Assembly (NCBI RefSeq): GCF_018977255.1
Contig: NW_024704742.1
Coordinates: forward strand, 122,390,001 to 122,454,000
Reading direction: 5' to 3'
From: Callorhinchus milii
Lineage: Eukaryota
DNA: 64,000 bases
This document shows positions 38,381 through 51,300 of this stretch, piece by piece (positions within the stretch are counted from its first letter, which is position 1; every line of letters begins with the position of its first letter). Under the pieces are notes generated by a model, which ran no database searches, was not told where the DNA came from, and worked only from the letters and a program-made list of their open reading frames with translations. The position numbers and the translations under genes were made by a program.

Positions 38381-40956
38381 CTGTACAAATTATACAAATT
38401 ACATTTGTACAGGATCTTTCACATTGGCAGGACATGTCTAATACTCTCCAGCATTAGGTAAACAAGATGTGTCCCTTAAATGCATTTCAGACAGAAGGAA
38501 ATGTCCATGTGCAGGTGGAATGCATATGTAGAACTTTGGTTTGGATACTCTTAAGTGTGGTGATGAGTTTTCACACGTGTCAGACACCGGGCTGACCAAA
38601 GCGATATTCTCCACAGATAGGCACAGTTGAGCTCAGTTTCTCACTGACGTAGGTTGCTTTACATGCCACTGCTGTCCTTATACCTGGAGGGAGGGCACTT
38701 GGGGTTTGAAATGCCCCACAAAAAGTTTCTGACTGGAAGGTGAACAGACAAGATTGGCAAACGAGGAGTATGGTTTAGCGCTCTGGGTCACCACACCGCC
38801 GTAAAGGGTGCTATATAAATGCAAGTTGCTGTTGTTTTGCTGAGGAGACATATCTGGCAATAAAACTGTGGTTTCTGAGATCCACATTTCCTCCTGGTTT
38901 TACCCCTTAAAGATGCTGATTTAAAATTTAGATTATTTTTAAGAACCGAGGAAAGTCAGATTCCATCCAATTGAAGGCAAAAACAAAGACATTTCTAAAA
39001 TGTTGTACTGTTGAATAATTTAAGACAGCTGCTGTAATGCTCAAATCACAAGGTATTCCGGGCCTCAGCTGGTTTAGACTCAACTTTCAGGACCTCAGTT
39101 TAACGTCACATCCAAAGTAGGCCACCTCCAGCACTGGTATTGGGGTGTCAATCAAGACTATGTGAGTTCAAAATTCGAACCTATCGAATCAGAGACCAGA
39201 GTGTTATCAACCAAACCAGCCTGAAACAGCTTGAGGCAAGTCATTTCCACAGTTCACAAGATATCTTTGGACATGAACCTTATCTCTAAATTTCTCATCC
39301 CATGCCAAAATCAACTGGAAATAATACTTAGATTAGAAGCTGAGTTTACACTGCACACCTTCGTATTCGGATAGCTCCTGGCAGGAGAGAAAATCAATTT
39401 TTCTTAAATTTTGATCTTGTGTCTGGTATCTAGCTCACTGCTTCACTGCTGTTTTCATTCATCACTTCTTTTAATGCAGTGCTGTATCTGATCATTTCTA
39501 GTGCTGGTTAACCACAGATGAATTTAACAGTGAGTGCTGACACATCATAATCCCAGGAAGGCTCACACAGTTTTCTTAGTTCATGTTGTTCTACAGTATG
39601 TTGCTAGCGTCATATGTTTCTTAAGTAGGAACGTGTGGATTTACGTGAAAGGCTGAGTTTGCAGACAGACTGAGTTAATAATAACAGGCTGTAGCCGAGG
39701 AACAGAATGCCTGCAATGCGAGGGCTGAATGGTTTTCTTTTGTGCAGTGAAATTCTATGATCCAAAGAAATGATGAGATTTCTTCTTTTGTGCGAAATTG
39801 CGAAATAGCTGACAAATCTCAGTGCGAATTTGTGTCCCATATTTAGCCTATGGAATGGCAGGCTGAAAACTGCCACGTGTGATGGGTTAATTAGCACATT
39901 GGTGAAAAGAAGCGATGAGTTTGGTGTGGAGATTATCAACCAGTTCCCGGGTGTGCTGGAAGCTGATAAATTCAATCCATTCAGCATATGCATGAATTCC
40001 TTATGATTTTAGTTTTCGATGTGTTTCGCCCTTTTACTTCTAGTGGTAAATAAAGCAGCCTGCTGATCAAAGTTGGATACTGTCTTTTGTTAACATTGGC
40101 TTTCATGTCATATAGTCTCACAAGCACAGCAGATGCTAGAGTAAGCTTGACATTATCTTGGCTCATTTGGTAGCAGTACAAGGGAGCATTGCATTGTTGC
40201 AAATGCCGTTTTTTTTAGATAAAATGTTAAATTGAAGTCCCATCTGCCTGCACAGATAGATGTTAAAGATCCCCTGACACTATTCAAAAAGAGAAGGGAC
40301 TTTCTCCCCAGATAAATTGGTTATTCACTTTGTGGTTATTTGTAGGCCATTGCTGTACGTAGGTTTGCAGCTACATTCGTAACCCTACAAAATGCAGTAA
40401 ATCCTGTAAAGTGCTTTGAGATGTCCTCCTGAAATGAAAAGAACTCTATCAAATGTAAGAATTATTATTATTTGTATTATTCACATCATGGGTGGCATAC
40501 ATGGAATTCTCAGTCTCGTTTGGATACTCTTAAGCGTGGTGATAGCTTTTCACTTGTGTCAAACACCTGGCTGACCAAACAAGCATGTGACATGTGATAT
40601 GGGATCTTTCGATGTCATACGGAGCTATAGAAAGGCCAAATTTACTTCATTTTCTTCCTCAGAGTTTCTACCTTTAATCCAGAAATCAGAGAGGATTACT
40701 GCCATTCTTATAATAATAATCCTTGCATTTGACATAGCACCTTATTATGTCTTCAAGACGTTTCAATGTGCTTCACAGAATATACTGTAAAGTGAGTTAC
40801 CTGTATATTTTGTGGGCGAAACGCGGGGCAACCAACTGTTGTGCGATGTGCATTGCCTTATTCTTGAGGATTGATAGAATTGGCTGGCTCCACAGTTTAT
40901 CGGAATGTTTCTGTTTCTAATGCAACCAACAAGGAAGGATTGAAGAAATATCAAAA

Positions 40957-41630
40957 TATTTTTTTCGTCAGCTGGGTCTCTCACACATGCAGAAACCCAT
41001 CACCATGTTTAAGAGTATCTAACCAGACTGAGAGATCCACATATGTATGCCACTAACACACGGAAATTTCCTTGTGTAGAATGGAATGTATACTCTCTCC
41101 CTGGAGGGACGCAACCTGCTTACCTAATTCCGAAAAATATTAGGCAGCGGCTAGCAAGAGCCAAAACTTGGGTAGCCCAGAGTGTGCAATGGGGTACTGC
41201 TGTAGGTTAACCAGCTGAAAATATAAAGCTTGCCTTTGAGAGCGCTGTTGTTTGTCTAGCTAGGACCACACTATCCATTAGGACAGTGGTGGCCAATCTT
41301 TTTGGTCGGCCGACAAAATAAATCAAGAAATATTCCATCAAGAAAACTCTGGAAACTCACTAATGATCGAACACAGATTTACCTAGACTAGTGCGAATGT
41401 TTGTGGGCTGCTTCTTGATGGCCCTGTGGGCCAAAACCGGTCTGCGGGCCATAGTATCGCCAGTACTGCATTAGGGCTTTAGCTTGCAGGATTAAAGATG
41501 TCTGAGTCGGAAGAACCCTTGCTCCCAATGGCTGTTCTGCCCCTCCAAGTCCTGCCGATGAGCCAGGCTGGCTGATGCGTGACCAACAGTGCCCCGAAAT
41601 ACTGCAGATCGTCACATATAGGGTTAACTT
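40957..41630 (-). mobile_element. Unclassified retroposon, long copy interrupted by hAT MITE
   Basis: Collinear with 54895-55354 once the MITE is removed. Confidence 0.7.
41284..41468. mobile_element. hAT (Charlie-type) MITE
   Basis: Termini CAGTGGTGGCCAA...TCGCCAGTACTG; 8-bp TSD CATTAGGA (41276-41283) / CATTAGGG (41469-41476); empty site seen in the paralogous host copy at ~55030. Confidence 0.8.
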
Positions 41631-43561
41631 GATTATGACATTCCGTTGCTAAGCATATCACCTTGGAGGCAGTTCAGCTCTGAGAAGACCCGGTTTATCT
41701 CCGCTCCTCCCCTCTCTAGGAGGATGAACAAAGCTTCAAAGTAACCAGACTGGATGCTATCAAGTAAGCTAAGCCAGTTGCTGAGTGCTATGCGTGGTGA
41801 GATATCAGTCTGCCACAGCCCAGCAGCTGCAGCTTTAAGCAGTAAAAGTAAAAGTACATACATTTCCTACATGCTGCTCATTCCCTGTTATAATTTGATA
41901 AAATTGCAATTTTTCTCAATTTTCAGGGGATTTACAGGAAATTTATAAAATATTGCTTGCTGGCATCAGCCCAGCTGATCAGAAACAGTGTGAAGATTTA
42001 AGAAAATTATGTAAAGCCAGGAGATCTGTAAAGGCTGTGACTAACATGGAAGAAAGCACAAGGAAAGTCTTCAGTAATCTTTCCATGGCAGTGAAACCTG
42101 CAGTCTTTGGGGAGAACGCATCATTTTGATGGCAATCTTAAAAGATGGCATACAATTTATATATCCCACACATATAAGTATGTGACCAGCCCCATTGTAT
42201 ATAATGCAATACAATTTACATTTTTTAATGTCTGTCACCTTGGAATGATGTTTCAAAACACATAACACTTTGGGGGGAGAATGGAATAGTTTTTCTCGTA
42301 AACTCTCCAGGAAGGCTGTTAGAAAGGAATAAATCTCCATGAAAAAATTGCAGTTCAGGAAATTTAAAAGGATAAACATTGAAAATGAGGAACCCGATCA
42401 GTCAGAACTTGGCTCATACCAGGAGTTGCATCACTTAGAAGTTTTAGAATCCTTTGTAACATTTGCTTCACGTTTCCCATTAGATCCACCCCATCATCGG
42501 TAGAAAAGCTTTCAGACAGTACAAACCCACTCATTGGAATTTCAATCCTGAGTCTCTCTGCCTTGCTCCCCCACACTGTATGCTTTCAAAACACATCCTA
42601 AGAACTATCTTTTCCATTGCAATCCTGGCCATCTTCCCCTCCCAGTCTGAGTTGCTGCCCTCCCCCGATAGCTCGGGCTCCCAGTCAACTGTGTGACATG
42701 CTTTGAGACATCTTTAAGCACTCCAAGACGCTGTCTGGCGTGAAGGACACTCTATAAATGCAACTTTTTGTTGCTGTAACTGGCTCTATTAGCACTAGAT
42801 AAATTTTCTTTAGTCAGCCAGGTGTTTGGCAAATGCGGAAACCCATCTCTGTGCTTAAAAGGATCCAAACTAGTCTGAAGTTCCATGCATGCCAGTTAGA
42901 CGTCGAAATTCTGTGTGTGGAATTGAATGTGCACACTCTTCCTGAGGGAATGCATCCTGCTTACCTAATTACAGATCAATTAAGATGATTGGGGTTTCAC
43001 ATTGGACCGAATGGCCTGTTTTGGTGCTATAAATTCCATGCAATTCTATGATGGCCGATCCCTGAACTACTGCCCCAACTGAAATCAGCTGATTCATACC
43101 AGGTGATGAATTGGATTTGACGACTTTCAGTTCTGCATGTTGTGGTCTCTGTCCTGACAGTAGCTCTACTGATTGAGTTGTTTAACTGTTCATTGTAGGA
43201 CTATTTACACACAAGTATCTCAGTTTTGATTTCCACATGTCAATTATCTGCTTTCGAAAACTGTGGTCGCAACTGAGATAAAATCAGTTATTTAAAACAA
43301 CAATATTGCATTTAAATAGTGCCCTTCATGTGGGGAGGACATTTCAATGTGCTTCACAGAGATGGTTGGGAGCTTAACTGGTGTGGGGGGAGCTGAGGAT
43401 AGCGGGGGGGTCGGGGGAAAGAAAACTGACGAAAAGGCGTGCTTGAAAAGAAAGGTCTTAAGGTGGGCGTTAAAGGTAGGGAGGGAAGGGGGTGGAATTC
43501 TAGAGAGCGAACACGGAAAAACGATCAGTACAATGAAATGGATTGATATCGTCTCTGCAAG

Positions 43562-43567
43562 TTTATT
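43562..43567 (-). terminator. Probable distal polyadenylation signal of RAB3C
   Basis: TTTATT on + (AATAAA on -) at the end of the unique UTR-like block. Confidence 0.5.
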
Positions 43568-44409
43568 TTCCTTTCAAAAACACATTGTTCATTTACATAT
43601 CTCACAGACAAACACAAAATGTCTGATCTACTGTACAATCTATATAGAACAAATGTCAACAGAGGTAAAATATATTATGCACATACATAACTTTCTAGTG
43701 TAGGTAACCTTTCATGTTTCAGTATATATATATAAAGGGATTACAACATTGATCAAATAGCTGTTTCAACTATATGTCTGTTATGGCACCACCTCACTAA
43801 GCTTTCACAGGCAGTAAACGTAGTAAACGTAGGGAACTGAAGAATTGGATTTTTTCTCATGTTTGTAAACAACCATTGCAACTACACGTACATCTGTAGC
43901 AAGAGGTCTGGCAAGCTTGATTCAGTGATTTGAAGAAAGGCAGTAACAAAGTTCATATGTTGTGGCAGTTGTACTTCGGGTGAAGTTTGTCCATCAAAAA
44001 GGCCTCAGTAGACAATGATCTGTATATCTCCAGTCTGCACAATATTCTGTAAAGCTTTCTTTAAGAATAATCCCCATTCAACTGGGGTTCTTTCCACTAC
44101 GTTGCTTTGCCAGCTACCTACACCATGCCCTGTTTTATTTTAACTCCAGCTGCATCCCTCCTAATTTGGAAAATGTCTTTTAATGACTTCTTTAGAAAGT
44201 TTTGCATGATTCCTTATCGATAATCAATAATGTAATTAATTTCTAAAATATGCTTAAGGACCTATGGAGAGATTATACTAAATACACTCACACAAACCAA
44301 ACCCGTTCATACACCAATGGTGAAAAGCTGGCAACATGTACTGCATCTGCATACGTAAATTATTCTCCAGCTTCTCCAACTACGAGCAGTCACTACAAAC
44401 CAGTCACGA

Positions 44410-44560
44410 TTACTGTACGGACAGTCTGAGCCATACAGATTCAGCACATTTACTGTAGAGACACACTGAGCCACACAGATCCAGGACGTTGTGGACATAT
44501 TACTATACGGATACACTGAGCCATATAGATTCAGCACATTTATTACACAGGCACGCTGCA
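44410..44560. repeat. Degenerate ~40-bp tandem repeat (3-4 units) in probable RAB3C 3'UTR
   Basis: Recurrent TTACTGTACGGA.A.CTGAGCCA.A.AGATTCAGCACAT units. Confidence 0.75.
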
Positions 44561-46136
44561 CATTTATTATCTTCTTAAATATGTTTTAATCACACAACAT
44601 ACATTCGCACAGGACCCACAAATGTCTCCATGAATTCTCACATCACTTCTCACTTCACGCCATGCTAGCAGACATTGGCTAAAGCACACCATGTGCAGGG
44701 CTTGAATAGACATCTCTATATATTAGTAGCATAGCAGTTTTATGACTGTCTCTGGTGAGTTTTCTTTTCTACCAGTAAAGCCAATAGTTTTTTTTCTACA
44801 AAAGAAAGATTTCAATGAAGTAACCCAGAGGTGGCATGATAAAAAGATATGAGCATTCTCTGAGTTTCAATGGATGCTGTTCCTTGTACTCATTCTGTAT
44901 TATGTTCTTATTTATTCAATAGCTTGGAATGGTAAGATAGGATAAAGAATAAATAACAGCTTCTCTAGTGACACATTCTGGCCTTTGCCAGCTATGAAAG
45001 TGAAAGCGAATCAGAAGAAAATTTAGTGTTTTTCTAGAAATCTGCATTAACTTGAAGCCCTGCATTCTGTGATTTTGCACTCATATCTGCACTGAGTTAG
45101 AGATGTAGTATGTGTTCTTTGAAATATTGCACTTAGTGGCCTATTGTCCCCCAATACAGAGGCTACACAAAGATATAAAACTCCAATTTCTTCAGCACCT
45201 ACCACTATTTTACATTTTCTCTCCTCAGGCAAAAAAAAAACAATGAAAAACACCAGCAAAATAATTCTCAAGTACATTCAATGCATAATCTTACTAGGAA
45301 GCAAATTTTGTCTCGATAAAACACTTAAGTTTGGTAATCTGTTCCTTTTGTACTTTGGAACAGCGTCCTCTCTGAGCTTTGCTTAGAGGCAAAATAACAG
45401 AGAAACGGTGTGAAAAGTCAAATTATAACTGAAAATTATGAGTAAGTACAACTTATGGTCAAGATCATTGCTATTGGGCATGGTGTGTTCACAGATTTAT
45501 ATTCATGACTTCCTGTGAGGGATGAGATCAGATGGACTGAAGGGCCTTCTTCATCCAAACTAATCTTGTGGCCTAACTTTTGGAGAGCATTTATTAGTTA
45601 CCAAAGACATCTCTAGTCAGTGAATGTTCCTACGGTGAGGTGCAGGTATGCTATTGCAACATATAGAATGCTTATTTGAATGGTCAAACTAACAACACGG
45701 TCATTTAAAAATGTGCATTTCTGTTGCTGAATTCACAGTGTGTGCAGATTGAAGATAAGCTCAACATGCAAGCAGTTAATCATTGAGAAAAAGCTTGAAA
45801 GGCCACATAAATCTAGTGAGCACATGGGTCTAGATCATTTATAAACCTAGTGTACAAAGCCTGGGAATCCACCATTTCTTTTAACAGTCACACAGATCTC
45901 AAATCTACAGAGAAATTGCAGAACCAGTACAGATATCAGTAAAGGTTGACTAAATGTCAATTTTAATGCAAGAGGTCTTGGGGAACAGTACTGTGCACAA
46001 ACTAGCAAAAAATAAATAGATTAGTTTGTTTAATATATAGAGGCCATACAGTAACATTTTCATGGACTAATACCTAAAGACTAATCTTTGCAATGCAGAC
46101 ATAATTTCATTGCCTCCATGTACTATGGGCGAGTCA

Positions 46137-46324
46137 CTAACAGCCACAGTTTTGCTGCTGTGCAGGAGGAGTCTCTGTGAGTTTTGTGTTCTGTTTTCCT
46201 GCCGCGATTGCAGGGTCCGTGTCCAAACTCTCCGACATCTTCTCGCAGATGATGTCGACAAGCCTCTCGAATGTTTGCTTCACGTTAATGTTGTCCTTGG
46301 CGCTAGTTTCGAAGAATTCAAAGC
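46137..46324 (-). CDS. RAB3C: RAB3C last coding exon ([62 protein letters not shown])
   Basis: Minus-strand acceptor ttctcctttacacaag|GC; G5 motif ETSAK; C-terminal CXC prenylation motif; tail matches RAB3C (TDPAITAAKQNTRLKETPP..PNCAC); adjacent to PDE4D as in human. Confidence 0.93.
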
Positions 46325-46770
46325 CTTGTGTAAAGGAGAATAATTGTGATGTTAGTTATAATAATAATTCTTTCATTTGACTTTCAAATTGGGAGACGTC
46401 TCAAGCCACTTCATGGCACTTTGACCGTGTATTTTGTGAGTGAGCATAGCAATATTCCCACAAACAGCCATGAAGTGAATGCCCAATTTTATTTGGGGCT
46501 TTCTTGTCAGGACACGAGGAGGAACTCCTCTTTTCAAACAGTGCCATGGACACAGTTTTAATAATAATAAGCCCTGCATTTGCTATGGTACCTTTCACAT
46601 CGGGAGGACATCCCAAAGCACTTCACAGGATTTTACTCCTGTGGCTGTGTACTTGTAGATGAACACAGCAGACCAATTGCACACAGCAATGTCCCACAAG
46701 CAGCTGTGAAATGAACAATCATTTTTTTTTTTGGGAGATTGTTAACTGGGAGAAACCCTCTTCTCTTTTT

Positions 46771-47132
46771 GAGTCCTGTAGCTCAGTGATTACAGCACTT
46801 GCCTCGCAATCGAGAAACCTGGGTTCGATTCCCGGCAGGGCGAAATTTTGGGCAAGTTTCCTTACTCCACACACCTCTGCTTACCTAGCAGTAAGTAGGA
46901 ACCCGGTTGTTAGTTGATTGGCAGATAATAATCCCTCAAAAAAATAATAATAATAATTTGGTCACTCAATCCACAACTGTTTGTAAGAGACTGCTGTGCG
47001 CAATTGGCTGCTGCATTTAGCCCACAAATCTACAGTTAATTCACTTTACAGAACATTCTATGAAGCGCTCTGGGACGTCTAGAAGACGTGAAGAGCGCTA
47101 TATCAAATGCAAGGATTATTATTATTATTATT
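46771..47132 (+). mobile_element. tRNA/Deu/L2-tail SINE, long variant, in last RAB3C intron
   Basis: Head with GGTTCGATTCC B-box, core and (TTA)n tail. Confidence 0.88.
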
Positions 47133-48181
47133 GTGCCATGAGATCTTTAATGTCCACCTGAACAGGCAGATGGGACTTCCAAAAAATATAACATACCCCT
47201 AGCACTGCTTAGACTATATGAGTTCAAAATCCTGATGTGGGTCTGGAACCCACAACCTTCCGACTCAGAGACAACTGAGTCAGGCACAGAATGAGAAATC
47301 AATATATTCCATTGTCCAGTATTATACTCGACTCAGCACCTCCCCATTGCTTCGTGGCTGACATAAGGCCACCACTCCATGATTCAGAAGTTCAAACCTC
47401 CATCCTTTCACCATCTAGTGTACCTCTGAATTCCCCCCACTCCCCCCCACCCATTAATTTTCTGCACCTCTCCAAAATATGGCAAGGCAAGTTAGCATTT
47501 GTGAACAGAAGTCATCATCTGAGTTTTCACGTATAGAACCATAGAATCTACAGCACAACAGAATTTCTCCTTATCGACTATCAACCTCCTTCCCCAATAA
47601 TCTTAAAAACCTCTATCAGGTATCTCCTCAATATTCTCTGTTACATTGAAAATAACCCCATTTCCTCTAACCTCACGGGGCTGACATCACTGAGCTGTGT
47701 TGCAGAGAGTAGACGAGTTCCTTCAGCGCTGCGTGCTTGTATAGCCGCACTACTTGGTGACATCAGCAGTGACACCATGACCCAGAAATACTGACCAGAG
47801 GTAGCATTGTAGCGCAACTTGTTATATTCCTAGGTTACTGAGGGAAGTAAGGGTGGAAATAACAGAGGCCTCCTTCTGTGCTGTGTAATTCTGATTTTAT
47901 GATTTCTATTATAGATTCAAGCTGCCTCGTTTTTTGGACTCAAAGCACTGTTATAAAAGGCTCTTGTCCGTATGCAGTTTTATGTCGAGTGTACTTAAAT
48001 AAATAAGAGCAAGCAAAGTTTGAAATTGGGTGCTTGTTAACAGATTCATAATTAACAAACACGTTATCAAATCAGTTATGAAATATCATATTTTCTTATG
48101 CATAGACAGCATACTCTGCAGAATAGTAACACTTATTAACATTAAAGGACAAACTGCCAGTCAATAATAAAAAAAACATAC

Positions 48182-48306
48182 CAAGTTGCTCGGCCAACTG
48201 CTTGCCCCTTTCCACAGATACTATCCTTTCATCTTCCATGTCACATTTGTTGCCAACCAATATGACCTGAGCATTGTCCCAGGAGTACGTTTTGATTTGG
48301 GTTGAC
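48182..48306 (-). CDS. RAB3C: RAB3C penultimate coding exon ((W)[41 protein letters not shown](G))
   Basis: ttttag|G acceptor and G|gtatgt donor; 125 bp; G4 motif NKCD; phase joins the last exon. Confidence 0.95.
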
Positions 48307-51300
48307 CTAAAAGGAAAGATGAGAATAAGTTCATACATCACTGGCAGGTTTAACTTTCTATAGTTTTATAATTGTACAGATCATAGCACTTTATCACTGG
48401 TTTCTATTACAGTTACCAATCACCAAACCTTACACTTCTGGAAAGTAAATGCTACGTGACAGTTATATTGATATTGACGAGTGTATCATTGATAAGATTC
48501 TTGGAATAAATTCATGTCAGTTGTTATTCTCCACAAAAGCATGATCCTACTGTTTATGAATCATTTCAAAGATCAAGCCAGACAAGATGACACCGTTGTG
48601 TAATGCTATCAATACAGACAACATTTTAGAAGGGCTAGATATACACCTGGAACTATGGGACCTTAAGAAAGAGAACAACATAGTACAGAGGGTAAGAAGC
48701 ACCATGATGATATTTGAGTCAAACAGGAGGAGGGGAGCTGAAAAGGGTATTGGTGGGGAGGGGAGGATAACTGAAGGATAATAATAAGTTTCTGAGTGAA
48801 TTTATTGTGAATAATTGATTAGTACCCTAGTTCCATTGTGGTCAGATGTACGATGATAGAACTGGGATTGATAAGGAATTCTCTACTTTCAGAGGTGGGA
48901 AAAATCATGGGAATGGGAAACATGTGGTGCACCTGTCACTGCTAAACACAGATTACTGAATGATTATGAAGGAAAGAGCAGTGAGATTATTCCACCTGCG
49001 TATGTTTTATCAGCAAAAACAATGGTCTTTTGATCAGATAATTTCATTTTGTTCGTAATAATGACCTTTTTCCTTCCCGTCCCCCATTTCACCCTGTAGG
49101 CACAAAGCTTGCCAAAGTGAAAGCTATGGCAGGAAATTGGAGATTGGACTCTCCATCTGTTCATTTGTTTGTACAAAATACGTCTGCACTTTAACCATTT
49201 CACAAATGACAGCTGGAACCAGAGAACACATTTGAACAAGCAAATAAGTACTGTAATGTAACAGATTAAATAGGAAATCTTGGGGGTAAGGTTTACAGTG
49301 TTTCATTAAATATTTCATATGCCAATTGACACAAGGAACATATTTTAAATGCCACAATTTAGTTAATATTATACAAAAATCCTCACAAACATTTAGGGCA
49401 ATACAAAAAAAAGTAGAATTATCTCTGCAATTCACTCCTGTTTCTGATAGATAGCCTACTATGTACCCCTCAAATACTTGCCATGTTCTATACTTTTCTC
49501 TTGATGTAGCACAACAAAATAGATTCATAAAACCACAAGACAGGTTTGGATTAAGAAAGCAGTTTCATCCAGTTGATTTCATCCTAAACTTGCATCCAAA
49601 AGTATTGCTGTTGGTTCCTTTCTCTATGAAAATATTGTATACCTCCATAAGGTGCAGTCTGAGACATTTTCAAGACTAAAGCGCCCCAGCTCATCTCCTC
49701 ATTGCTCGTATCTTGGTCCTCTAACACTGGAAATTATCATCATTACTCTCCTCTGCACTGCTTCTAGATCCTGGGCCATTCCTTATTTAACACTGACTGG
49801 AGCTTCACGCAACTTGGCCTGACCACAGCACTGTGCTTCTGACGTCCTCCTGATTTGAAAGGCGCTATACAAATGTAATTTGTTGTAATTGTTGTTGTGC
49901 AGCTTGAGTATGACATCTGGGGATGTGAAACTCACCTGATTTAGCAATGTAGTGCAACATCCTGTTTGCCTTGTTTATTGCTGCGTCACACTGTTTTATT
50001 ATAAACAGTGATGAGTCAACTAAGATCCAGAGATCTCTGTCAACATTCCTGGCTGTCTGTGCCAGAACTCGGTCAGTTGTTATTGACATCTTAATAAATA
50101 ATGCACTTTACTGGAGAAAAGTAGCAGGCATGCTTCAGTAAGAGATTTTTAATGGCATCTCATCTGACATATAATGAAACAGACATTCTAAGGGATGTTT
50201 TGCATCATTTCAGTCACAACTCACAACATTTCGCCCACAAATATACGGTCAATTCACTTTACAGACTATTCTGTGAAGCACTTTGAGACGTCGAGAAGAC
50301 GTGAAAAGTGCTATATCAAATGCAAGGATAATTATTATTATAACTCAAATTTGAAGCCAAAGCTTTCTCAATCAAGCAAATCCATTTTTAAAACCTGGTT
50401 CCATATCTCCAGTGCAATTCTTTGTGTTTAATCATCCACAGGAAGTGGACGCAGATGCTAAGCCGTGGCACAGAATATTTTCCGTTAATAAAATATTGAG
50501 AGCCAAAAACTGATGCTATTCATTGTATCCTTTCCACAGATAATCTTGTGATGCGAAATGATAATGGAACAGCTCATGATCTCAGCAGATAAGGCATCTT
50601 TATATTGTTAACGTGGCCTTTTGGTGGATGATTTTAGTAACTTACTTTCCAACAACATTTCTCTCCTATTATTATAATAATTCTTACATATTTTCACATC
50701 GGGAGGATGTCTCAAACTCCTCACAGGATCCACTGGTAAGTGCAGTACAGTGTTTCTGCGAAAAAAAATGTGACTGTACCTTGACAGAGAATATAGAAGG
50801 TTGGTTATAAAATAGCTAGTGTCTGTGACTGAAATCCTTTCATATGACTTCTGAATAAGTCTTGAGTTGATGAAGCACGATAAATAGGTAACAAACCTGT
50901 CTTCTATTAAAAATGTTGGGCTTTGTGAAATTGGGTTACCTAATCTACATTTAGTAGCAGGCAGAGAAAGTACTGTATTAAATGCTTGTGGCCAATATTT
51001 TTACATCTACCATTAATCTTTCACCAGATTTCTGTGCTCATGCATGCATTCGTGCTCATTTTGTACTTGTTCTATTCTTTATCTTTCCCTACATGATTCC
51101 TCAGTCAAGGGATCACATACACGACTATCTGGTCCCTGCAATACTATTTGAAGAAAAACTTCAACCAGACACACAGGACAGTCCCAAGCAGATCTTACAT
51201 TTGATTTACTCTCATTTAAGGAGAAGCAAATGGCTATCCAGATCACCTACTTGTACAATCATACCAAAAAACAAGATGTCAGCCTGACTCATTTGGGAGA

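Larger units (their letters stand above)
43550..46136 (-). other. RAB3C: Probable RAB3C 3'UTR (~2.6 kb)
   Basis: Nearly TE-free AT-rich block downstream of the stop, ending at a minus-strand AATAAA next to an L2 fragment. Proximal AATAAA hexamers occur at 44911-44916 and 44563-44568. Confidence 0.55.

Noticed and set aside
39610..39993. 127-aa minus-strand ORF in intergenic DNA (similarly 6631-6993 and 61632-62171)
   Set aside because: No recognisable homology, motif or splice context; the last is partly L2 antisense.
40965..41030. Hammerhead in the unclassified retroposon (CTGACAC...GAAACCCATC; also CCGATGAGCCA near 41555)
   Set aside because: Across copies the first motif is CTGACAC rather than CTGANGA and has no helix II; the second lacks a following GAAA.
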